A stretch of DNA of 64,000 bases from Phallusia mammillata (GCA_965637545.1 OZ281497.1:24676001-24740000); one strand, 5' to 3'; positions 23,901 through 38,150 are shown, counted from the first letter of the stretch. Numbers and translations are program-made. The notes: generated by a model from the sequence alone, not told the origin.

Positions 23901-25689
23901 ATGCAAATACATTGCTGTTTAGGACAAGTTTTTGGTGTATAGCATCATATTTGCTTCCACATATCTGTCGTCCGAGCTGGATCTGCGATTTTTGAGATAA
24001 ACCAAGTATCTGGACTATAAACCTGGGTCGGTACGACGGATGAAGGTTGTATAGTTGAGCTGGTCGTGATGTAAATATCTTCCGAGCACGTGGAAGCAAG
24101 TTTCCTCCCGCTAAATGCTTCAAGTACCCTTCTGCAAAATTTCGTCCATTTAATAGTGGTTTAGGAACCAAACTGGAAAATGATTTAAATGCTGCCATAT
24201 CTAAACCATCGAAAATGATCAAAACATTAGGATCACTGCAAATGGCAGCGAGTATAATAGTTGCCTCATCAGGTGTGCAAATCCAATCCGATAACATGGT
24301 GGAAATGAGAAACTGAAGAAGCGTCATTTTTGTAGTGAAGTTAAGTAGCCTGATGACAATGTAAAAGATAAACGATACTCTTCCACACAATTGTCCATCT
24401 AACGCTTGGAGGGCCCACTTTTTTGCTGGTGTGGTTTTTCCTATTCCAGCTTGCCCAATCACGCCAACTATATTTCCATGTCTTTCGATGTAGTTTTGTT
24501 TTGCTTGTTTTTCATGCATTTTAAATTTTTTCGAAGCCTCGTGATGTGAAAGTAGTTTGGCAACATTAAACATTTCTGCACCAGTAATGTTACTTTCAGG
24601 TCTTTCATGAAGTTTTTTAAAAGTCTCTTCTTGGTGATAATGTCCTTCTGCTTGAAACATGTCGTCAATTTGTTTTGGTTTGTTAATTAGGGCAACGGGG
24701 ACGGGTTCTATAGCTTGGTCTAAAAACTCAGCAAGAGACGATTCTTTACTGGCGATGTCTTTGACTTCTCTCTTTAGTAAAGACTTCAGTTCTTCACCCA
24801 AAAGTGGAAGGAAATATATGTATGTCACTATGGTGCTCTCAGTTACAATGCGGTAAACTGCGCTCCTTTATAGTGGTATTGTGTTCGCACGTGTAATTGT
24901 TGGTTGTGCTCTGTTTTTAAAGATTTCCGCTACTGAATCGCAGATCTATTCCAAACCAAAAAAGTGTTCTACAAACGTAGTCGTTTTCATGTTATCTAAA
25001 AATGAAAACTAGAATATTTGTTTAATGATTTTCATTTAGCTTCGTTTCCCATGAACTACGTAACGTTAAATATATTTTTTTAACCCACAAGTCAAACAAA
25101 GCATGTCCTTACATTTTTCATTTCCTGGGGCTGGTGTTGTTTGCTGATGTTGACTTGCTGAAGGCTGGGCTGCTGTAGATTGATAGGGTTTCTGATTGAT
25201 CAAGATATACTGATGAAATTCTACCGGTGCGTTGAACACTGGTCCAGTCGTGTGGGTGATGGTGTCTCCAAACTGTGGAGCTTCTGCTTCCCCCTAAAGT
25301 CAATGATAACCATTTTAAATAAATTGCAACTTCCTTAGTTGTACGATCCTTTTTAATTTCTTACAATATTAATAACATTGCCTTCTGGATTAACTGGAAC
25401 CATGTTGATTGCATTTGTCGGTGGTTCTTCTTTTGCTGCTTCTTTAGATAAATTGGACTGGGGTCGAACATTGTCCGATTCTCGGAATACGCCAATTGGA
25501 GGCACAACGTCACCGGAACCTTAAAATATACAACTTGTGTCAACAAAATCGTAAAGCTAAAATGCTTTGTAAGTTACCTGCATTATTAGTTTGACTGTTT
25601 TGGGGAACATCATTATCCAAGACTTGAGATGAGTTTAGTTGGGGTAAAGCATCGCCCAATGAGGGCGCATTAGGTCCGTGTTGAGCCAT
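20930..25689 (-). pseudogene. NLR-K1: disrupted RHIM-like + NACHT + RIPK-like kinase gene; kinase exons still open
   Basis: Exons 25689-25578, 25519-25365, 25293-25113, about 24797-23372, 22671-22537, 22398-22208, 21968-21519, 21402-21161, 21096-20930. The NACHT exon acceptor is GG instead of AG (24798-24799). A net 208-nt deletion relative to NLR-K2 at 23744-23754 removes the winged-helix region and shifts the frame. Walker A region GKTTP and Walker B DGLDM deviate from the paralog. Confidence 0.8.
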
Positions 25690-27056
25690 AGTTACAAATT
25701 GCAAAACATTTTGATTTAAGTTTTCTGCAAAACAACTACATGGAGAAAGGATATCACATTCACTAAAGTTTTTTCAAAAAAAACTGATAATGTGAACTGC
25801 CTTTTCAACCTATAATGCTCTATGCCAGGAGTTGCCACCAAAGTAAGGACGGAAGTCATTTCGGCCCCTACGACGTATGAAACACTTTTTAACCTGCTTT
25901 GTTAGATTTATAAAAGTAGCTTTTTGAAGACATGTTGATAAAAAAAACATTTAACGCCTTTCGAACGTTTACCGGAACGTTGCTTTCTCGAAAATATTCT
26001 TTTTCCGCTGCAATGTAGTTGGCGTCGGTCATGATCAGGTTTTTTTCTAAGGTTTGGTTTGGGTGACCGCTAAGTAGTTTTAAGAGACCGCAAGTGTTTC
26101 ATTTAAATACCAAAAAATAGCCATATTCCAAATTTTGGGAAACCGCTGGAGAATTTTGCACACCTTAAAATAGATGAAAATAGCGTTGGTTGTAAAATAA
26201 TACTTTTCCTAGTTTGCATTGGTAAAATGCACCACTTTCTGCCTAAAATAATCAAAAGCAACAAAATATTGAACGTCCAGTCAAACTACCGCAATACAAC
26301 ACATTCAAGAACAATTGAAAAAACGCTGAACGTGAACACGAAACATTTTTATCTATAACATGAACACGAAAACACCGTTTTATTTTGTTTTAGTTTAATT
26401 TTAACGAAAACGAACAAGACCCTGCGGTCGGTTTGCCACTTACCTAAACGCTAAAACGTTTCTAACAGTTTCTGTAGAAATGTATAGGATTACCTAAATG
26501 AAAGACCTTTGTGTTTACTGACGCCAACTTGTACAGACAGTTTGGCTTAGTACATTGTTCTCGCGTTTTTCAATTACCAGTTATCCAATGAATACTTTGG
26601 AAACACGGCAAGAATTAGAAACTTTTCACTGTTGGCAATAACAAAAGAAAAGTTAAGCACGAGACTTTTATGTTTGTTAGAAGGGTGGAGGTGTAAAAGT
26701 TTATTAAGCATCTATAGTACACAAGTTTCTTAACTTGCGTTAAAAGTCTTTAGCCCGCTGATTATTATGGCTTAATTGCACATTAAAATTAAACATACTT
26801 TTTAATTTTAAACTGCAACACTGTATGTACATCATCAGCAACGCACAAGTAAACTAACATTGACTTCGTAAGATAGCAAATTTGAGTACAAATAAGGTCT
26901 TGGTTTTGTTCACCATGCTAGTAAAATTTGATCCGCCACGTTGTCATGCCCGATCCTAAGCTTTCGAGGCTATTCACCGGAACGAAGCGAATATTTACTG
27001 AGCCACAGCAGTGTGGCACGACAAAGCAAATCTATGGTCACAGGCAGTCTTTTACT

Positions 27057-27226
27057 TTAATAGCACCATACAAAACTAATTCCACACAGTATGGTGTGTA
27101 GGTAAAAATACAAATAATACTTTACACACTTACCAACATTGATGGTTAATAGCACCATACAAAACTAATTCCACACAGTATGGTGTGTAGGTAAAAATAC
27201 AAATAATACTTGACACACTTACCAAC
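27057..27226. repeat. 89-bp tandem duplication
   Basis: ttaatagcaccatacaaaactaattccacacagtatggtgtgtaggtaaaaatacaaataatact occurs at 27057 and 27146. Confidence 0.9.
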
Positions 27227-28849
27227 TAATGTTTGTTTGTTGCAGACTGATTCTACCAAACATGGTAATTTGTTTAATTGTTTCCAGAAACATAAAAAGT
27301 TGATTTAGTTTTCACAACAACTTTTAATGAGCTGATCAGCAGTTTGGTTGTGACAATTTTAATTATTACTTTATCACGGCAATGCAACAAGTTTACAATC
27401 CCAACTGAATTAACCACAGATGAAAAATCGGTCTAAAGACTGCTGAGCGCAAATAAATTGGTTAAAAATATCGCATAAAAAGACCGGTGAACAAAAAAAT
27501 TGTACGTAGAGACCATTAATCTCTGGCTACACGGAAGTTAATTCTAAGTCACCCAGGCGTGAAGTTTTATAAATACAGCGTTGGTAATTAGGCTTGCAAG
27601 AAATATAAAAATAAGAGAATTTTAAGTAGTTCACAATACGCGTATAAGGTTGGATTTACTGTCAAAACTTCAACCATACCAGCATCAAACGATATCCCTA
27701 AGCTGACTCATTTTGAAACGTTTCCGTTGATTCAGGTGTTTTAGATTATATATTATTGCAAACTATCTACTTTTAGTCTCAACACGTACAAATCCACTTT
27801 GTACGTTTTCAAGTTTATTTCTGCTTGGGTTCATGGTCGACAAATTATAATTATCCATTTCACATCACCGATTGTTAAAAAATCAAGATGTTTTTTGTCA
27901 AAATAGTGCAGTATGCTATGTGGTAGAGCTGCTAACATCATAACCAACATATGCGCATGATACATTGCGGGTATGGAAATGCACCCAAACGAACTACACC
28001 TACTGGCTTTTACCTGCGCTGGTACATGAAGTTAAGGCAACCGTACATCGCGATAAGACGTTGATGAACAGGCGATTCCAAACCGATATAACTTAACTAA
28101 GACAAACCAATTAGATACTAAAGCTGTAATTTTGAAACGTTGATACAAATCTTAAAAAGGTTTGAAAAAAGATTAGATTGTATTATTTCGTAACATAGAT
28201 TATGTAATTGTACGAAAGTAAAGTTACTGCAAACAAGAGAAATAAAACTTAACACTATTTAAACCAAAAAATTAAATAACTCATTCGATTAAAAAGAAAA
28301 TCTCCGACAGCATAGTGAAACTAAAGTTGGGTCGCGGCGGCAAAAAGACTTTTTTCTAACGAGCCTTTTTTACATAAGACAGTAAAAAAGACATTTGATT
28401 TCTTTTCATCAATGTGCTGCTCTTCTTTCACCGCTTGTTTAACAGGTTGCCTTATGCTAAGGGCTTCCGCTAACTAAATATATAGAAAAATATGCTTATG
28501 TAAGTTCTTATGCTATTATAGCTCTATTTATGTTTGTTGTGAGATATTGTGTTATTAGTTTTACTTAAGTAAGTATAAGACGACTCCAAACAAAAATACT
28601 TTCATAAAGTACTGTATTTAGTGGATATGTACTTATTCAGACAAATCGGTCACTTTTGCAAAGAATAATTTGTTGGGATTCGGCTGATACCGAATCTTTT
28701 ACGAGCACATATTTAAAGCGTTAAACGTGTCTTTTCTGCTTGATAAGGTAGCAAGCAATCTTTCAAATTACAACTTAACGAAAATCGTGTCATTTATTAT
28801 ATTTCTGTAACACATTATCGTTTTTCCAACCGCAGACAAAAATCAGTAA

Positions 28850-29100
28850 TTCATTGGCTGATTGGCAATCATACTTGTTAACCCAACCAAAAACTTTTGC
28901 GGCCAAACCGAAAATTAGCCGATTCGGTACATCACTAGTATTTAGTCGAAAATTGCACAACCAATCAACCAAAAACTGCACCACAAACTTTACTGCAAGA
29001 GGGCCAAGCTAGGTCTGCGTGACGTTATCACATGAGACAGGAAGCTGTAAATATCACGTGACTATACAGTGATTCCACGGGCAATGCGCGCTGCGTCAAT
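28850..29100. promoter_or_regulatory. Promoter-like motif cluster
   Basis: Two ATTGG and one CCAAT box, TGACGT, CAGGAAG and palindromic TCACGTGA within 250 bp of CpG-richer sequence. No gene can be assigned. Confidence 0.25.
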
Positions 29101-29399
29101 ATCCTATAGAATTATAATTGACATATTTGAATGAGACTAAAGGTAATAATAAGGTTAAGGTTAAATGCCTAAAGCATAATTAAAAGATGTCATAAAACAT
29201 AAAAAAGTTTATGATGTACAGTTTGGATCAGTAAAATTCTGCAAATCTTTTCGGCAGGGTTATTTTATAATATTTAACAACCACATTATATTTTCCCAAA
29301 ATCAATGTATGTAAAGTTGCAAATAACAACATAATTATATGCATTGCAAGAAGACAATGCTTCAATCATGATGTATACTTTAAAAAAATTGTTGTATTA

Positions 29400-29870
29400 C
29401 ACCAACCTATTTTGTCTAACACAGATAACAACACGTAATATTTTTGCTAAATATAAAGCCACATTACACAAAGCTTTTGCTACCAATTCACTAACACACA
29501 GCTATCATTTTAACCATGTAAAGACAACAACATTTAAACACAACAGCTTTTCTAGAATCTTGTCTTGAAAATTTCCTGTTAAGCATTTCGACTCATAATA
29601 TATCCAGAAAACTATAAACTATTGCGCAGTTAATACTAATCAAGATCTCTCTTTTATGGGATGGTTGCATTACGCCAACCTGTTTTCTCTAACACAGTAA
29701 ACACCCACTGGTATCAACCATTACCAAATTTCTTAAATATAATTATGCAACATTACATTATATTTAGATTATAACATATCAATGCACTAACACACAGCAG
29801 CTCTTTCAACAATTCAAAGCCAAAAACATTTAACATTCCGACTTTACTACAACCACAAAACTATGGACTA
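29400..29870. repeat. Diverged tandem duplication (about 280-bp period), related to about 59990-60170
   Basis: Shared words ccaacct..ctaacacag, ctaacacacagc and ctgttaagcatttcgac (29577 and 60116). Confidence 0.6.
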
Positions 29871-32369
29871 TTACGCATTATGTTAATTGGGACCGAAAAC
29901 GGAACTCGTACGTTCGAATGGCTTCATACACGCAAGCAAAAAAAAGGCATATTGGTCTCCGTGACACAGCGACAGATGGACGACCCCATGGTTCTCCACC
30001 AGATCATGTAACTGGGGTGGAGCAGAAGTGAAAAAGTTGACCAAGAAACCGAAGAACTGCAGTAGGTACAACCGCATTACATGTTATTGCTGTATTAACA
30101 TGCAAACTGCGATCTGACAAATACAAGACAGTGGACAAAATCAAATATCTACACGCTGATTGTTGGAAAAACTTTGAGTTAACGTTGAAAACAATGAAAG
30201 AAATTGTAAAGCAGTTGTGTTGTACCTACTTTTTTTAGAAGTATCATAAATCTTCTACTCATTGAGCAAAATAGAAGTCACTATTTCTGTTTTTTGCGAT
30301 GTAAAATACCGTTATGATGTCCTATGGGTGTTCTCTGGCTTCACCAAGCGGTAAAACTTGTATGCAAATGAGGTTACTGCTGGTGATAGTTCCGCATCAC
30401 GAAGTACACGGATTTTTTACCGCGATTCGATTATTGACTTCTGGCGCAGATTATGGTCTGTACCCGTTCAACTACTCCGTTGCGACACCGTGTGTACAGA
30501 CTATACATTTGACCTGCCTACTTTTTTCAGTTTATATTACAGTAATAAGAGACAAACAACAAACAAACAACAAATATAGAAATGCTTGTTTGCCTGTTTG
30601 ATTATAGAAGTATCATATCTACAAATAAAATATAAATCCGTCACACAATACGTCTTCTTAAAAATATTTGTGATGTTAAACTCGAACACAACCATCCTGT
30701 TGACGCATTTTTTAATTTTATGGCAACAAAACGTATAAAACAGAACAAATGTTTAAAATTGGAATGGTAAAATATTCAAAAAAATAGCTGTTGATTTAAA
30801 ATCCTTTCATTCCGTAAGAATGATTAATAGGTACAAAAAATGTTGTGGGGCATGAGGTTAGAAACGTGGATGAAAAACTGTGATTTTTTGACAGTAGCAT
30901 CTTTCTGAAATTAAAAAATTATTATTTGCTTTTTTTTTTATTCGAACGCAACCACCCATGTTAAGCGTCCAATCTACACCACCGATTTGGCGAGGTTCTC
31001 ACTTCGCTTTGGATGATCGGCGTTTTATGCTTTAAGTCTTGTTTGCATAAATGAATTGTTTGCATAAATTTGTAATACAATCGATGCTAGATCCGTAATA
31101 CCATAAAAAATACTTTTTTCTGCACGATGTACAATGTTAAAAATATATAATAGCACCTTATATTACTAAAATGCATATATTACTTAAAAAATAATGGTTG
31201 CATTATGTAAGTTAGTTATCTTTTTTGGTTTTGTTATGTCCTTTGGAAGTGATTTTTCAATTTGCAAAAGGGAAAGTAATACTTAACGTTAAAAGTTGAT
31301 TTCAATGCTTACAGTTATTAAAAAGAGTTATGTGCTTGGGTCATGTTATGCATGAAAATGTGCAATGCCTATCGCAGTCCAGCAGTAATAAATGACAAAT
31401 ATGGCCGAAACGTTTTTTATTGTGTCTGTATAGTTGCAGAAAAACGTTAAGAGAAAATTGTAAGGTTTGGACAATCTTAAACATAAGAGAAAAACGTAAC
31501 ATGTTTTCAACCTTACATGAAGTTAAGTAAACCAAGAAAAGAAAACCCAATAACAAAACTTCGACTATTAGGCAATTTAAATAACAGTAGAAAACGAATG
31601 TAAACCTTTTGTTATAGGGGTTAGTGGCGTTAAAAAGAGTTGAAAACCATGGTGTCAATAGGTGTCGCCAAAGGCCCAAAACACACACAATAAAACCGTA
31701 ACAACAAACCTAAAATAAAAAAGACAGAAGCACAATAAAAAACTACCAGGCAACACAAATTTACACACAGGGTCGAAAGCGGTCTACAGACTTTATACTC
31801 AAGTCAACAAGTGTACAAGCAAATCACCAGGGTTTGTACTATTGCTTGTCCTCCTATAGAACAAAGCAACACAAAATGATATACACACTTCGTATTTAAT
31901 TTTTTCACGTACAGTTGTGCATTACATGTCGACACATAAACAATCACGTTTTTACCAGCAACCTTACTACCCACACTGTGGGTGTAAGAAGGGTCGAAAT
32001 TTAGGTTGGCGGTTATATCATCCACACCCCTGGTTCCCTTTTTACCAATCTAGTGTTTTACGACAGTTTATTCAATTTTTTTTTTCACAGATCCATAGGA
32101 ATGCGCGTGCTGAATTTGATGAAAACTGAAAAAGAAAAACCATCATAATCCAAGGTGAGTAAACATTATTTTTGTATGGTTTTCTACACGGTGAACGGCA
32201 AAATTTATTAAAAATGCATTGCAACATTTAGCTTGCACCCAGACACAGTCACTCAAGAAAAGTAGGAAAGAGCATACTTTTCACTTAAAAGAGTCATAGA
32301 AAATAGCCTGAACTTGGAAAAAAAAGGCAACTTATTACCAACCTGAATAACATCGTGATCCTACGATTG

Positions 32370-35300
32370 TTAAACAGAACTATTGAGCGTTGCCACCATA
32401 AATGGGGCGGTGAATTGGCTCAGGTTTCCCATCTTACTGGAAGATTGGGGCTGAACTGCAAGTACATTGTCAGCCACATTGGTTTCGTCGTGGTCAGTGG
32501 TACTAACTTGTGATAAATCCTGAAAAACTAAAAATAGGAAATTAAGCTTATGTTATATTAAATTGATTGTATTATTTATTTTGCAGTTACTTTGTTCTGC
32601 CTTAGGGCGCACATAAGGATCTCCATTCCAGCATTTTCTCATAAAGTCAGTGAGGATATTGAAAATATGCTTCTCATCACCAGCAAGTGTTGATTTTACA
32701 TTATTAACATGCGTCTCATCCGGTCTTACACCTGATGAAATTCGTGCCATCAGGATCTCTTCCGACAGTGTACGGCCGTAAAAAATCGGATTCAATGTCA
32801 CGATTTCATACAAAACCATTCCGAAGCTAAAACGAAGACATTTTTTCAAAATTTGTTAACTGTTTCCAACTACAGGCATTCACACCTGTAAATGTCTGAT
32901 GCAGGGTCAACCGATCCACCTTTGTAGAATTCGGGTGAAACGTACAACAACGAATATTGCCTTGTGATGGTCGTATCTATTGTGCTGTGTTTCATACCTG
33001 AAGCTCTGATGACGTTATTTGCCCCAAAATCGGAAAGTTTAATGCATAACCTGGTAGTAAGTAGAATATTATCGGGTTTTATATCACCATGGCAAAATAT
33101 TTGGCCTGATTTGTAGTTGTGCAAGTATGAAAGAGCCGAGATAAGTTGTAGAGCGAATCGAAGTCTTAACTTCCAACTCGGATGTTTCTCCCTGTGTTTC
33201 TCCAAATAACGTGACAAATTTCCACCACCGATGAATTCCAGTATTATGGCAATCTCGTTATTCCAACTCGTGAAGCCATAAATTTTCACGATGTTTGGAT
33301 GTTGGACTCGAACCAAGGTTTCAGCTTCTCCCTGGACACTGAAATATTATATTTGTAAAGTAAAAAATGTCGTTTTTACTGATGATAAACAACCAATTTT
33401 GTTTTCCAGATTTACCTTATTTTTACCCATTTGCATTTGAAACTTACTGGCAACACGAATTTGAGTTCATCATTATGACGTAATTGTGCTGTGATTACGT
33501 CACAGTACACAAGTAGCGCTGTCATTAAAAATTTACCTTTACCACACTTTACCTTTTTTTGTGACTGTATATTTGATTCACTTCGCCTGTGAGGGAAATA
33601 CATTTTGCAACAACTGTTCCCAAAGACTCGTGGTAACATCGACGAATTGCCCCAAATCCCCCACACCCGATGTAGTCTACTATGTCAGTGCTAGTTGAAA
33701 GCGATACTGCATCGATTTTAGCTAACTTTGATGAAAAGTGGATCTAAAAAGCACAATTTGTTACGTAGTTTCAAATATATTTTTACATGAACGATCCTAA
33801 TCGACATTTTCAAAATGTTTGATTAGTCCGGCACATTTATTGATCTCAATACAGTAAACATTAAACTGTAACATTTGTTTAAGTCGAGGTTCATTGGTGT
33901 AAAACATATTCCTTGGGTTTACAAAAAAGATTTTTTTAGATTCGTTGTCCATTGCTTTACGTAACAAACAAGCACAAGCTTCGACATTTTACTCGTATCA
34001 GCTTGCTCAAAATGTGGGATTCGCCAAGTCGGACTTTGCCTCAATGTCCAAACGGATTTTTAAGATATGGGAGTATTTTTGACGTACCGCACATAAAATG
34101 ATCAAAAAAGTCCGGTTCGTGTCTTCTATTCAGCAAAATAACTCTAAACGACAATTTTACAAACTTTCAGATTCTCAATTCTTCTTCGACACAATTTTAA
34201 CTCGTTGTTAAGAAATTCATCAAGCCGGGATATATATTTGCCCACAAGCTCCGATCCTTTGCTGTGATCCACTGACAAGACAAGGGTTTCTGCTTGCTCC
34301 TTCGCGTTGGAATGAGTTTGTTTGATTATTTCCGCGTCCGTTGAACCAGTGCCACATATCTGCGCAACATTTACGGTTGGAAGATATGGCGAAAAATAAA
34401 AAAGTATGGTGAAAATAGTAGCGATTATCGTGTCGATTAATCTGTTATGACTGATTGTTTAACAACAATATGTTGCCTTCAGTAAGGTGTATTGTTTTAT
34501 TCATCAGTATTTGTAACTCCATTTGAAGTGGTACATACCTCTTCCATTGAGCTTCTGTACTGTTGGATGGCACAAGTCCATTTTCCATCAAGTTGGCGCC
34601 GCAAATTCTCCTGTCAAGATATTGAACTTTTACACTTGTTATGACAAAACGTTTTGATGAGCTTAGCAGATGTATTGTCCCCTGGCAAAATATCATGCAA
34701 GTGTCTTAAACACTGACATTGTTGAAAATATAACTAAAACTAATAATTTGACACAAAGTTTTAAAAATAAATCATTGTAAATATTACTCCTTTGTGATGG
34801 TTTTTCTCTTTAAATTGCTTCAGCGCTTCATCTAAACGTCTCTCTAGTTTTCCTTTATACTTCTTCACTATTTCTCGTGGATATTGATGTGTTTCTTGGA
34901 AATATAAATTAACAGCTGTTTTTCGAAAGCTCCCCTCGATTTTATGCACTGAGTTTTCGTCAACATGTTGTCCACTGCTTAACTGAAAACATAAATAAAA
35001 CAGCATGCAACAATACATATGTTTTTACCACATATGTATAGATATGTAATCAATGATAGTCAACAAATCAAGAAATGCTACACTACCGCTGTTAAACAAT
35101 TGTCCAAAGAGTTCATGCGAAATTTGAAATGATCGGATTTATAAACGTTTTTACATTATTCTATTTTATTCATTCATTTAAAAATTCTTTGTCTGGATTG
35201 TAACAAGGTTTATGTCAATAGACAATCAAAAATTACTTTACGTTTTTTGTGACATATTATGTAACCAATATAATAACATTGTCTACCTCTTCGAGATTTT

Positions 35301-38150
35301 TTGTGTACATTTGTTCAGCAGCAAATGTAGATGCGTGCGCTTTGAGTTTCATTTGCTCCTAAATAAAGATAAAAACTAAAAAAAGCTTTAATCTTTGTTT
35401 TGTATTACTGTTCGCGATTTTGATAAAATTTGCACTTCACACCACTATGGGTTGTCCAATCATTATTTTTTGTTCAACGGTGCAACAAACATTACATTTA
35501 CTTTTTCTTAAACATTTATCAAATAATTTTTTTAAAAACCTTTTCGGCTCCGTTAATTTTCTTGTACTCTTGAAATTCATTTTCTACGAAGTCTTGCAAT
35601 TTTTCAAAATACATTTTGTGAAACGCATCGTTGCCAAACTTGGGCTTGACTTCGAAGCTCAACAAGACTTTTTCTTTGCACTTATAATGGATGTTTATAA
35701 ATTCTTCGTCACTTTTGAAAGCGTTTTTGCACAACTGCAAGGAACAAATCTTTCACTTTAAGTATTTTTACAGTTAGCATACTGATTAACCACCAATTTA
35801 CCCGTTTCATTTCTTGGCGATACTCGTCTTTGCATTCTTGAACAATGTTTAAAATGTCCGCCGTTGCCGTAGCCTAAAACAACACAGTTAAACTACGCGT
35901 TTTTCATGAGGATCAATTTTACAAAAAAATCAGTTTAACCTCTTGTGTTATTTTCAAACCAATACAAATAACAAGATATATTGTTCTAGAATCTAGACAA
36001 TCTACGTCCAACTCACCTGGACACTGGTGCCAATTTTAGGCATTTTTTCGCTGCTAAAAACGTCAGCGTATTCAGACACAAAATTGATGAGATCATTTCC
36101 TTTTACCGGTTTGTTGTTGAATTGTTTTACGACTAGTTGATCGGGATGAAAAATTCGCCTAGCAAGGACTTCCACCATTTCTTTGAAGTTGTCATGTAGA
36201 TCTTAAAAGCGAAGTACCAGTTTTCAACTGCCTTTTCCTTTTAGTTTAATGTTTTAAGTTTGAAGAAATCACATTGTTTTTCAGCAATGACAAATTACTT
36301 AAAAAGCTTGTATTTTCATTCTCTATTGTCCCGAACTTATGTGTTGACAATTCGATACACATACTAACCACTTGACAAGTCTAAATGAATGTTCTCTCGG
36401 TGCCTCTCGGCAATTTTGTTTCCAGGAAAAGGCATGATGAAACACGAAACATTTTCAAATGAATCAAGCAAGTTTTTTCTAACTGATTTGATATCTAAAT
36501 GATCGACGTGTACACGAAAAATTTTCTGAAGATATTTATCCCCTCCATCAAATCCAAGCGGAATCTCAACGTAAGGGAAGTCACGGATAAGAAACAGCAA
36601 TTCCTGAAACAAGGTAAGTGTTTTACAAAACAAAAACTCCATAACATTTCACAAACCTGGAACGAATTGTTATCATGCTTCAGGACTTTTTGTGCCATTC
36701 TTGCGTATTCAGTAAACAGCTGTAAACAACTATATTTAACATCACTGTGTGCGTAGTGAACAAAACTAAGTAGTTAAACAAAACTGACGTGAAGATGTTG
36801 CAATGTGTCTTCTTGAATCATTTGTCTTGTGTTGTATATTTGCATCGAACTTATAAGGGTGCTTAATGCAAAGACCATGGCGTTGTCTTTCACAGAGGAT
36901 AAAGCGTCGAACCCACCTTGGGTATCCATCAGAAATAATGCAACCTATAAATAGTTTTTGAAACATTATTGTCACAAAACGATTTTTTGATGTCTTCTAC
37001 AGTACAAAAAAATTGATAAATTTCTTGCGGTAACTAAAATCAGGACAAAAACAGAAGACAAAAACCAACAAGGCCGTGATGAGAAGTGGATACAAAAAAA
37101 GGCTCATCCCATATCCATATTCCTTCTGTGTGGTGCCTCATCCCATCACTCCACCCAAAACCTTCGTCCAATTTAATTTTTTGGGATTGAACCCATGACT
37201 GTGACTAAAACAAAATATATAGCACTATAACCTTACGCAACAAATGATTTTTTTATTATTACCACCAAACAAATATACCGCATTGCTTTTTTCTGCCCAT
37301 AAAAAACGCAGAAATAGGTTAAGCATGAATGATTTTCCTGTTCTTGATCGCCCACTAATAGAATAAATGGCAACAGGTATGTTGGCGACATTTGGATGAT
37401 TAAATATCTCCTGAAATGCCTGTTTGTCGATTCTGTAGCCATGTCTGTCATCCCGGACGATAATTTCCACAGCTTTGTGAGCAGGAAGACAGTCTACCCT
37501 CTCAAAGCCTAAAAACAAGATATTCAGAAAACAACATCAAGTTAATTTTGGAAGTAGCAAATAATGTAACTTCCCAACCTCAATGTTGTAATAGAATTTG
37601 TTAAAAATAAACAAATACAAAAATAGTTGCTTTCAAAAACTTCATTGATAGATAACTTTCAGTTTCGATCAGGCATCAGGATTTGGGACACACTAACATA
37701 TTTACTTTACTGTGCAAACATTATTAGGCTTTAAAAATTCAACGATAAAATCTTTCCGTTTGGATAGACAACAGTAACATTTCCAACGCAATGTGAAGAT
37801 GCTATTATTACACAACAGTAATTCAGATATACGAAATGCGTTAACTAAATCGACCCATTTTCAAGCATTCCCGGCGATAAAATTCGGCCTGCTGTAGGTT
37901 TCGAACCTCCGACAAAACCATGCTACACACAAGGTGCTGTTTGCCCACCTAAACTACGCAGACAGAAAGTCAAAATACATGCCGCGTATGCACTGGGATG
38001 TGAACTCACGTTTGAAAACTGCTGTGGCTGATGATGACTAAGAACACGTAAAAATCACTTACCAACATCCGCATGTGTAGTTAAAAGTTCCTCTTCTTTT
38101 TGATTATCTTCAATTTCACCAGAAATCCCAGGATAGCTGGATTCAGACAT
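32370..38150 (-). pseudogene. ATL-K2: atlastin/GBP-family GTPase + 3x helical module + RIPK-like kinase, with a single +1 frameshift before the kinase
   Basis: Exons 38150-38063, 37508-37279, 37204-37070, 36944-36789, 36719-36657, 36603-36369 (or 36372), 36201-36017, 35873-35802, 35734-35540, 35358-35287, 34982-34788, 34610-34539, 34360-34165 (196 nt instead of 195), 33743-33553, 33338-32886, 32826-32591, 32527-32370. Motifs: GRSRTGKS, RHHTEG, DTQG, FLIRD, HGDIKPDN, DFG. An extra A (plus-strand T4 at 34329-34332) gives TGA at 34222-34220. It could be a sequencing error or a kinase-less 612-aa GTPase. Confidence 0.7.

Noticed and set aside
24798-24828. Start MTYIYFLPLLG of the 364-aa ORF
   Set aside because: It aligns with the intron polypyrimidine tract of NLR-K2; it is open only because the acceptor mutated to GG.
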